DNA of 64,000 nucleotides from Octopus vulgaris (taxonomy: Eukaryota): the NCBI GenBank assembly GCA_951406725.2, contig OX597843.1:3224001-3288000 (forward strand). The letters run 5' to 3'. The translations under genes and the position numbers were made by a program. Below, one piece after another: positions 1 to 9,606 of this stretch. Under the pieces are notes generated by a model. The model saw nothing but the letters and a program-made list of their open reading frames with translations. It did no database searches and was not told where the DNA came from. Position 1 is the stretch's first letter, and every line of letters starts with the position of its first letter.

Positions 1-2
1 AC

Positions 3-191
<189 letters not shown>

Positions 192-734
192 AAGCCATAT
201 CACTGTGATGAATCATTCTCTCAAAATAATCAGCTAACTAAACACAAATCCATTCTTGCGGGTGAAAAATCTATAATACATCCTTCTATGAAGATGGTAA
301 CTTAACTATACATAAGTAAATTTTTGCATGGGAGAAGCCATATCACTGCGATATCTGTGATAAATCATTCCCCAAAAAGACAATTCATTACACAAGTAAT
401 GTGTTCATACAAGTGAGTAATTGTATCTGTATCATAATTCTTTCTATGAAGGTAATATCTTCTATAAGATTATCTTAGGAATAATAAAACACAACACACG
501 TCCTGTTTGTGTCGCTAGTAGAATAAGAATACCACAATGAAAAAGAGAGAGTGCCTGATTAAATGCAGGTGAACTGTTGTAAAAAGTTTTGCTCTGACAT
601 TGCTGGTATTTTAATCCTAATAAAACTACACCTGAACGTGTACTTAGTTTATCAGTTTCACACACACAAATATATATAAAATAATGCCTTGATATGGGAC
701 ACAGACAAGAACAAGCACACGCGCCAGCTAGTCA

Positions 735-1079
735 TGACTAGTCGATCCTTACATTGTGTTTTTGTGTTATTTACTTTAATAGGTAGGTCGTCGTAGGATC
801 GACTAGTCACGGCTCCTCAAACTCGCGCGCACAAAGTTCGGTCTTCTAAAATCGTATGTGTGGGCATTATGGGTTTTAATGAGCTCTGGGGTGATGGTCA
901 CGGGGATTGCATATTGAGGTAAACGGAAGTGAAGACTGCAGGCCCCGGCGAAAGAGCCACGGGCGCATGCGCGGACGGAAAGCACGTTGGCGCAATTCAA
1001 TGATAGACGGCAAGGGTGGCAGGACCCTGTTTTTCTTCAATTTAAGGGCAGCGATCGCTCGTCCCGCCTCGGTCGACAG
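735..1079 (+). promoter_or_regulatory. Putative promoter and non-coding exon 1 of ZNF unit 1
   Basis: CpG-rich block with ETS-like CGGAAGTG (~924), NRF1-like GCGCATGCGC (~963), donor CAG|GTAAGG at 1079/1080; matching acceptor tttcAG| at 4536/4537. Confidence 0.6.
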
Positions 1080-1114
1080 GTAAGGCCTCTCTATGGTTAA
1101 ACTATTATTTCGCT

Positions 1115-1568
1115 GGCGATCTTACGGTATAAGTACCGGATACATTTAAAAAAAGTGTGTGTTTTTTTTATATATGGGGGGTCAGGGATAGGGTTTGTGT
1201 TAGGGGTGGGAGAAAAGGGTTTCTCTTATCTTCAGGAATGTAAACTCACGTGTGTACATGTACCGAAGGATCGCCACATACCCTAACCCCCCATATATAT
1301 AAAAGAAACCCTTTTTTGAAACATATCCCGTACTTGCGGTACTTATACCTATTTCTTTACTACCCACAAGGGGCTAAACATAGAGGGGACAAACAAGGAC
1401 AGACAAAAGGATTAAGTCGATTATATGGGCCCCAGTGCGTAACTGGTACTTAATTTATCGACCCCGAAAGGATGAAAGGCAAAGTCGACCTCGGCGGAAT
1501 TTGAACTCAGAACGTAACAGCAGACGAAATACCGTTAAGCATTTCGGTACTTATACCGTAAGATCGCC
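1115..1568. mobile_element. MITE with ~24-bp TIRs and a nested SINE (paralogues ~9642-10093, ~17699-21052, ~28633-29088; right TIR missing in unit 5)
   Basis: GGCGATCTTACGGTATAAGTACCG ... CGGTACTTATACCGTAAGATCGCC; 4-bp CACT duplication flanks the copies in units 2-4; internal ttaggg/ccctaa motifs. Confidence 0.75.
1350..1545 (-). mobile_element. SINE with Meta-like central domain (also ~9890-10070, ~20833-21030, ~28880-29065; + strand pair ~58880-59280)
   Basis: Reverse complement has B-box-like GAGTTCAAATTCC followed by GCCGAGGTCGACTTTGCCTTTCATCCTTTCGGGGTCGATAAATTAAGTACC, resembling the MetaSINE domain as recalled. Confidence 0.7.
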
Positions 1569-1954
1569 CACTTCCGGAAGTACACGATCGCCATTTCACT
1601 TCGATAGTGTTGGTGAATGGGTCAAACTAAAGCCTTTGACCCGGGCACAAAAAAGAAAAAAAAAGGGTCCATGGCCTTTAAACTATAAGTGTTTGACCCA
1701 GGCCAGAAAAAAAAATGGACAAAATAGTGTAATAGGTGTAAAACTACTTGTTCTAAACGATTATCAAAAACATACACACACACACACACAAAGAGAAATG
1801 GTTGGTTGAAGGCAAGTGTGCATTGAACTGAATTTAAATAAGCAAGAAAGATATTATCAAAGAAAAGGCCATGGTACCATCTTTAGGATCTGTTGTTGTT
1901 GTTGTTATTATGGGGTTGAATGTGTGGGTGTGCGGTGAAGTTATTAATATCAAT

Positions 1955-2077
1955 ATGTATGCATATATATATACATACATATATATATATCTATGTATGT
2001 GTATACATATATATATATAAATACATACATACATATATATGTATGTATATACATATATATGTATGTATATATATATG

Positions 2078-2108
<31 letters not shown>

Positions 2109-2226
2109 GTATGTATATACATATATATGTATGTATATATATATATATGTATGTATATATATATATATATATATAATATATATATATAAATGCATATATA
2201 TATTTATATATATATACATATATAAT

Positions 2227-2258
<32 letters not shown>

Positions 2259-2291
2259 TAATTATATATATGTACACACACACATACATTC

Positions 2292-2322
<31 letters not shown>

Positions 2323-2377
2323 TAATTATATATATATATATATACATACATGCATGTATATATATACATATATATAA

Positions 2378-2408
<31 letters not shown>
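1955..2408. repeat. Degenerate (TA)n/(TACA)n microsatellite (paralogues ~10476-10900, ~21444-21932, ~30845-31141, ~37810-37998, ~42263-42551)
   Basis: Directly visible; source of the IYIYIY ORFs. Confidence 0.98.
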
Positions 2409-2664
2409 CTAGCAGTATAACCCAGCTTTGCCCGGCATCAAGTTAGGATTATTAAGCTAAAGAAGTTCTTTATTTCAAACCAAACAAAATATATTCCTTG
2501 CCACCGGTACAACACTCACCGACAAACCGCCGCCAAGCAGCTCAAGAAATTCTGTTCGTCTCGTCAAAAGCCAGCACACCAAACTGACCGACGCATGCGC
2601 GGGAAGCAAGCTTCTTACCCTGCAGCCATGCCTGCACCTATGGTAGAATTCTTCAGAAATTCTA

Positions 2665-3790
2665 CAGGATTGGTTGTGTGGTAAGTAGCTTGCTAACCAA
2701 CCACACGGTTCCGGGTTTGGTCCCACTGCGTGGCATCTTGGGCAAGTGTCTTCTGCTATAGCCCAGGACCGACCAATGCCTTTTGAGTGGATTTGGTAGA
2801 CGGAAACTGAAAGAAGCCTGACGTATATATGTATATATATCATCATCATCATCATCATTTAATGTCCGCTTTCCATGCTAGCATGGGTTGGAAGGTTCAA
2901 CTGGGGTCTGGGGAGCCCGAAAGCTGCACCAGTCCAGTCAGATCTGGCAGTGTTTCTACAGCTGGATGCCCTTCCTAATGCCAGCCACTCCGAGAGTGTA
3001 GTGGGTGATTTTAGGTGCCAGACGAGGCTGGCAGACGGCCACGCTTGGATGGTGTTTTTATGTGCCACCGACACAGGTGCCAGATGAGGCTGGCAAACGG
3101 CCACGATTGGATGGTGTTTGTTACGTGCCCACAGCACGGAGGCCAGTCGATGTGGTACTGGCTACGGCCACGTTCGGATGTTTTCTTGTGTGCCACGTTC
3201 CACCGGCACTTGTACCACAAAGATACAAATTCCATTGATGTTCATCTATTTTGATTTGTTTTGATTTTCAATTGCCTCAACAGGTCTTCACAAGTGTCAC
3301 AAGAAGGAAGGTATGCACAGGTGGGCTGACTACGTCCCAGGTAGGGGCCACAGGTTATGGCCTGACTAGTCTTGCCGGGTCTTCGGATGGTGTTTTTATG
3401 TGCCACCGACACAGGTGCCAGATGAGGCTGGCGAACGGCCACGATCGGATGGTGTTTGTTACGTGCCCACAGCACGGAGGCCAGTCGGTGCGGTACTGGC
3501 TACGGCCACGTTCGGATGGTTTTCTTGTGTGCCACCGGCACTGGTACCACATAGATACAATTCCATTAATGTTCATGCGTGTGTGTATATGTCCCCCTAG
3601 CATTGCTTGACAACCGATGCTGGTGTGTTTACGTGCCCGTCACTTAGCGGTTCGACAAATAAGACCGATAGAATAAGTACTGGGCTTACAAAGAATAAGT
3701 CCCGGGGTCGATTTGGTCGACTAAAGGTGGTGCTCCAGCATGGCCGCAGTCAAGTGACTGAAACAAGTCAAAGAGTAAAGAGTAAGAGTA
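2665..3790 (+). mobile_element. tRNA-derived CORE-type SINE interrupted by an RTE 3' fragment (paralogues ~11157-11510, ~22189-22584, ~31398-31799, ~42807-43162)
   Basis: A-box-like TGGxTGTGTGG, B-box-like GGTTxxGTCCC, CORE-like TTGGGCAAGT, TA spacer, tail ACAAGTxAAAGAGTAAAGAGTA. Confidence 0.8.
2841..3575 (-). mobile_element. 5'-truncated RTE 3'-UTR fragment with (ATG)n tail (others ~7389-7705, ~15565-15765, ~26403-26725, ~35107-35425, ~52618-52760, ~61930-62377; some on + strand)
   Basis: Matches the 3' end (37999-38700) of the long RTE; starts catcatcatc..tttaa..gtccgctttccatgctagcatggg. Confidence 0.8.
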
Positions 3791-3929
3791 TCTAACCTTC
3801 CAGCAGCGTATAAACAGAACATCAGGACATCTATTTCTTTGGCTTCACTTAAATTTTACTTCCAGATTGATTCTAATATGAGACTGCCAAGGAATTTTCA
3901 ATTTGTCAACTACTGTCAAATTTGTATTA

Positions 3930-4483
3930 TTCCTACCGCTCTATGTCACGCTGGTGAGACCCATATTGGAGTACGGGATTCAAGCCTCTTCTCCTTATCT
4001 CCTCATAGACATACAGCATCTCTAAAGAGTCCAGAAGTTGGCTACCCGCATGGTTCTTGGTGTCAAGAATTTGTCTTATGAAGAAAGGCTGAAGACGCTC
4101 GACCTTTATTCTCTAGAAAAACGACGATGCCTTGGTGATCTCATTCTTGCTCACAACATCATAAGCGGAAAGTGTAACCTCTCGACAAAGCTGTTCTTCA
4201 CTCCTGCTCTAGAGCGTCGGCTGCGGGGTCATTCCGAAAAGCTCTATCTGCGACGATTTCATCTCAATCGAAGGAGAGGGGCTTCCTCCGTCCAGGTTGC
4301 AGATCTGTGGGATAAGCTGCCAGACGAGATGGTGAAGATGCCGACAACCGCTCGGTTCAAAGTCTCCCTTGACCACAAGTGGCCTGAACTCTTTACATGA
4401 ACACCACCCTGTACATAACTCCATGTCTTCCTACATGGCCTTGCTTTTTCCTTTTCGAGCCAAAAAATTAACTAACTAACTAA
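3930..4483 (+). mobile_element. 5'-truncated CR1-clade LINE fragment present in every unit (~11650-12205, ~22720-23280, ~31935-32492, ~43300-43858)
   Basis: Translates to LVRPILEYG..SPYLLKDIQHLERVQKLATRMV..LSYEERL..LYSLEKRR.RGDLI..RGHSEKL..WDKLP; (AACT)n tail. Confidence 0.88.
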
Positions 4484-4902
4484 CCTTAAATTTCTATGTC
4501 TCCTCCCTGATTGACGCAGTTTCTCTGATATTTCAGATAACCAGAAGACATTGGCAGCAAAGAATACTTCAATGGTCAGAATCGACGTTTGCCATCTTTC
4601 AAAGATTAAAGGAGAACATCACAGGGAACAGATATCACACGGAATATGTAAACACATGGTGGAATTACTGTGGAATATTTCTTCCGAGTAAGACTGTTAG
4701 CGAAATATCTCTACTTCTTCACTGTCTGGAATGTTTTGAAGATGATATGGTATTCTAATTAAACTTGGATGACAAAGGAGTTTGAGGCATCTTCAGATAA
4801 CAGAAGATTCAAGAAATATAAAGAGAATAAATATTTGTTAATAAAAACAAAATTTAGTTCGGAAAAAGTAAAACATCTGAACATTGTGGTAAGAGGAAGA
4901 AA

Positions 4903-6597
4903 ATGATGGAAAACGAATTCTGTGAAGGCGGCAGTGTTAAATGTAAATCAGAGTTTGACAATAATGATTTTCTTGATGAGAAGCGAAAAGACGGAGGGCA
5001 AAAACCCTATTCTTGTGATATATGTAAAATGTCATTGTCTCAAAAAGGTAAACTCATTGTTCACAAACGTGTTCATACAGGAGAGAAACCATTTGACTGT
5101 AACGTTTGTGGCAAATCACTCACTCGTAGCAGTGACTTAACCAAACACAAACGTATTCATACGGGAGAAAAGCCATATCATTGCGATATCTGTGATAAGT
5201 CATTCTCTCAACGTGATCACTTAACAAAACACAGACCTGTTCATAAAGGAGAGAAGACATATCACTGTGATATCTGTGGTAAATCATTCTCTCAAAATAG
5301 TCACTTAACTAAACACAGACGTGTTCATACAGGAGAGAAGCCATATCAGTGTGATATCTGTGGTAAATCATTCTCTGATCAAACATATGTAACTGGACAC
5401 AAACGTATTCATACAGGAGAGAAACCCTATCACTGTGAGATCTGTGGTCAATCATTCTCTGTGAGCAGTACTCTAATTACACACAAACGTATTCATACAG
5501 GAGCAAAGCCATATCAGTGTGATATCTGTGGTAAATCATTCTCTCAAAAGCATACCTTAACTATACACAAACGTGTTCATACAGGAGAGAAGCCATATCA
5601 GTGTGATATCTGTGGTAAATCATTCTCTGAACAAAAACATGTAACTAGACACAAACGTATTCATACAGGAGAGAAACCCTATCACTGTGATATCTGTGAT
5701 AAATCATTCCCTATGAACAGTAGCTTAATTACACACAAACATATTCATACAGGAGAGAAACCCTATCAGTGTGATATTTGTGGTCAATCATTCTCTGTGA
5801 CCAGTAGCTTAAATACACACAAACGTATTCATACAGGAGAGAAGCCATATCAGTGTGATATCTGTGGTATATCATTCTCTCTAAGGCATGAATTAACTAG
5901 ACACAAACGCATTCATACAGGAGAGAAGCCACATCACTGCGATATCTGTGGTAAATCATTCTTTGAAGAAAATAAACTATCTATGCACAAACGTGTTCAC
6001 ACAGGAGAGAAACCCTATCACTGTGAAATCTGTGGTAAATCGTTCGCTTTGACCAGTAGCTTATCTAAACACAAACGTGTTCATACAGGAGAGACGCCAT
6101 ATCAGTGTGAGATCTGTGGTAAATCATTCTCTCGAAGTGATAACTTAGCTAATCACAGACGTGTTCATACAGGAGAGAAGCCGTATCAGTGTGATATCTG
6201 TGGTAAAACATTCTCTGACGGAAATCAACTATCTATACACAAATTCACTCACACAGGAGAGAAACCCTATCACTGTGAGATCTGTGGTAAATTATTTACG
6301 CAGAAATGTAATTTAATTACACACAAACGTATTCATACGGGAGAGAAGCCATATCGGTGTGATATCTGTGGTAAATCATTCTCTGTTGGCAGTAGCTTAA
6401 CTAGACATAAACTTGTTCATATTGTAGAGAGGACATTCCACTGTGACATTTGTGGTAAATCATTTACTCGGAAAGATTCTCTAATTATGCACATACGTGT
6501 TCATACAGGAGAGAAGCCATATTACTGTGAGATCTGTGGTAAATCATTTTCTATAAAAAATAGCTTGGCTAGACACAAACTTACACATACGGGATAA
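4903..6597 (+). CDS. Poly-C2H2 zinc-finger protein, 564 aa, 19 fingers (ZNF unit 1)
   Basis: 35-aa leader then 28-aa CxxC..HxxxH repeats with TGEKPY linkers; no KRAB/SCAN/BTB seen. Confidence 0.95.
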   Translation: MMENEFCEGGSVKCKSEFDNNDFLDEKRKDGGQKPYSCDICKMSLSQKGKLIVHKRVHTGEKPFDCNVCGKSLTRSSDLTKHKRIHTGEKPYHCDICDKSFSQRDHLTKHRPVHKGEKTYHCDICGKSFSQNSHLTKHRRVHTGEKPYQCDICGKSFSDQTYVTGHKRIHTGEKPYHCEICGQSFSVSSTLITHKRIHTGAKPYQCDICGKSFSQKHTLTIHKRVHTGEKPYQCDICGKSFSEQKHVTRHKRIHTGEKPYHCDICDKSFPMNSSLITHKHIHTGEKPYQCDICGQSFSVTSSLNTHKRIHTGEKPYQCDICGISFSLRHELTRHKRIHTGEKPHHCDICGKSFFEENKLSMHKRVHTGEKPYHCEICGKSFALTSSLSKHKRVHTGETPYQCEICGKSFSRSDNLANHRRVHTGEKPYQCDICGKTFSDGNQLSIHKFTHTGEKPYHCEICGKLFTQKCNLITHKRIHTGEKPYRCDICGKSFSVGSSLTRHKLVHIVERTFHCDICGKSFTRKDSLIMHIRVHTGEKPYYCEICGKSFSIKNSLARHKLTHTG

Positions 6598-7105
6598 AAG
6601 CCATATCACTGTGATGAATCATTCTCTCAAAATAATCACCTAACTAAACACAAATCCATTCTTGCGGGTGAAAAATCTATAATACATCCTTCTATGAAAA
6701 TGGTAACTTAACTATACATAAGTAAATTTTTGCATGGGAGAAGCCATATCACTGCGATATCTGTGATAAATCATTCCCCAAAAAGACAATTCATTACACA
6801 AGTAATGTGTTGATACAAGTGAGTAATTGTATCTGTATCATAATTCTTTCTATGAAGGTAATATCTTCTATAAGATTATCTTAGGAATAATAAAACACAA
6901 CACACGTCCTGTTTGTGTCGCTAGTAGAATAAGACTACCGCAATGAAAAAGAGATAGTGCCTGATTAAATGCAGGTGAACTGTTGTAAAAAGTTTTGCCC
7001 TGACATTGCTGGTATTTTAATCCTAATAAAACTACACCTGAATGTGTATTTAGTTTATCAGTTTCACACACACAAATATATATAAAATAATGCCTTGATA
7101 TGGGA

Positions 7106-7373
7106 GTTCCCAGGGTCTGCTTGTAAACCGGAAACTTGTTAAACAGAACAATAATCTCCCATAGGAGCAGTGTTTCACAGGGTCTGCTTGTAAACCAGAA
7201 ACTTGTAAAACAGAACAATAATCTCCCATAGGAGCAGTGTTTCACAGGGTCTGCTTGTAAACCAGAAACTAGTAAAACAGAACAATAATCTCCCATGGGA
7301 GCAGTGTTTCACAGAGTCCGCTTGTAAACCGGAAACTTGAAAACAGAACAATAATCTCCCATAGGAGCAGTGT
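7106..7373. repeat. 67-bp minisatellite, ~4 copies
   Basis: Unit ttcacagggtcYgcttgtaaaccRgaaacttgtaaaacagaacaataatctcccataggagcagtgt. Confidence 0.9.
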
Positions 7374-8176
7374 TTTAAATCCTAATTCGTCATCATCATC
7401 ATCATCGTTTAACGTCCGTTTTCCATGCTAGCATGGGTTGGACGGTTCAACTGGGAAGCCAGAAGGCTGCACCAGGCTCCAGTCTGATCTGGAAGTATTT
7501 CTACAGCTGGATGCCCTTCCTAACGCCAACCACTTTGTGTGTGTAGTTGGTGCTTTTTACGTGCCACCTGTACAGGTGCCAGGCGAGTCTGGCAACGTCC
7601 ACGATTGGATTGGTGAATTTTACGTGCCACCGACACAGAAGCCAGTGGAGGCGGCACTGGCATCGGCCACGATACGGATGGCGCTTTTTACGTACCTCCA
7701 GTCAGGGAGTCCTGGCAATTGGTTCCCAGAAAAATATTCTACCTGTAAAATTTATAATACTCATAAGTAAATGGCAATAAAACAACAGGAGAATGTAAAA
7801 AATATTTTTTGTAAAATAAAAAGAATGTCAAGATCATTTATAATAAAAATTATTATTATTATTATTATGGTTTTCTGAATTACTTTCATTTTCACTGGAC
7901 TTAAACACACCATCACTTGTGGACACAATCACCAATTCACAAGCACTCATGGACAGACCTGTTAGATCTCTTTTTAAAAAACAAGTCTAGAGTTTTTGCC
8001 CTCTATAAATTTCTTGGTAATACGCAAAAGCATTTGTTATGGTAGTAGAAACTTTTGGAATTCATTCAATATATGGATCTTGTGCTTGAAAGATTTCAGC
8101 TCATCATAGAAAAGTGAGGTGAAAAAAAACTTGTAAACCCAGGGTCTCGTAGAGCAGGTTTTCATAAGGTGAGGTA

Positions 8177-8782
8177 TTACTCTTTTAGTCTTTTACTTGT
8201 TTCAGTCATTTGACTCCGGCCATGCTGGAGCTCCGCTCTTAGTTTAGCAAATCGACCCTGGGACTTATTCTTTGTAAGCCCAGTACATATTCTATCGGTC
8301 TATTTTGCCGAACCGCTAAGTTACGGGAATGTAAACACACCAGCATCGGTTGTCAAACAATGCTAGGGGGATAAACAGACACACATATATATATATATAC
8401 ATATATACGACAGGCTTCTTTAAGTTTCCGTCTACCAAATCCACTGACAAGGCTTTGGTCGACCCGAGGCTATAGTAGAAGACACGTGCCCAAGGTGCCA
8501 CGCAGTGGGACTGAACCCGGAACCATGTGGTTGGTTAGCAAGCTACTTACCACACAGCCAATCATGCGCCTATATATATATATAAATATGTGTGTATGTT
8601 TGTCCCCCAACAACGCTCGACAACCGATGCTGGTGTGTTTACGCCCCCGTAAATTAGCGGTTCGGCAAAATAGACCCATAGAATAAGTACTGGGCTTACG
8701 AAGAATAAGTCTTGGGGGTCGAATTGCTAAACTAAATGGCGGTGCTCCAGCATGGCCGCAGTCAAATGACTGAAACAAGTAG
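8177..8782 (-). mobile_element. tRNA/CORE SINE (-) plus adjacent SINE 3' half (+); paralogues ~16222-16855, ~27197-27800, ~35870-36210, ~48614-49055
   Basis: Reverse complement of the 2665 SINE family. Confidence 0.75.
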
Positions 8783-9002
8783 AAGAGTAGTATAACCGAT
8801 ACGGCATTCTGGTTTCCTGATATTTGCGATGCATAAACTTCGATTCTGTTTTTCTTGTTGGAAATTGGCGGATTTTACATACACACCTGAAGCAGGTGAG
8901 AAGAAATAAGCAAGGTTTTTTTTTAAGATGAGACATTGCTGGTATAATGTCGTTATATCTATACTCGAGAAACCCAGGGAAAAACATAGAAACAGAATGG
9001 AA

Positions 9003-9190
9003 AAGAACAAGCACACACACACACAGACAAGAACAAGCTTACACACACACACACATACAAGAACAAACGCACACACACACGGACAAGAACAAGCACACAC
9101 ACACACACACACGGACAAGTACAAGCACACACACACACACAGACAAGAACAAGCGCACACACACACACACACAGACAAGAACAGGCACAC
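9003..9190. repeat. ACAAGAACAAGC(AC)n compound minisatellite (also ~17078-17245, ~28023-28180, ~36436-36531)
   Basis: Directly visible. Confidence 0.9.
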
Positions 9191-9204
9191 GCGCCAGCTA
9201 GTCA

Positions 9205-9606
9205 TGACTAGTCGATCCTTACATTTTGTTTCTGTGTTATTTACTTTGCTAGGTAGGTCGTCGTAGGATCGACTAGTCACGGCTAGCTTACGCGAGTGCG
9301 CGCACCGGGACCACTGTTCTCGAGTAGTACCATCGTAAAGCTCCTCGAACTCGCGCGCACAAAGTTCGGTCTTCTAAAATCGTATGTGTGGGCGTTATGG
9401 GTTTTAATGAGCTCTGGGGTGATGGTCACGGGGATTGCATAGTGAGGTAAACGGAAGTGAAGACTGCAGGCCCCGGCGAAAGAGCCACGGGCGCATGCGC
9501 GGACAGAAAGCACTTTGGCGCAATTCAATGAGAGACGGCAAGGGTGGCAGGACCCTGTTTTCTTCAATTTAAGGGCAGCGATCGCTCGTCCCGCCTCGGT
9601 CGACAG
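9205..9606 (+). promoter_or_regulatory. Putative promoter/exon 1 of ZNF unit 2
   Basis: Same motifs; donor 9606/9607; acceptor 12257/12258. Confidence 0.6.

Noticed and set aside
1834-2325. IYIYIY-type ORFs here and in other TA/CA tracts
   Set aside because: Translations of microsatellites, open in several frames on both strands.
4038-4400. Conserved 120-198 aa ORF upstream of each ZNF as a partner gene
   Set aside because: CR1 ORF2 C-terminal fragment with unit-specific frameshifts and stops, co-duplicated passively.
4922-5140. Overlapping alternative-frame ORF at each ZNF start
   Set aside because: GTG start and variable length; conservation explained by the ZNF frame.
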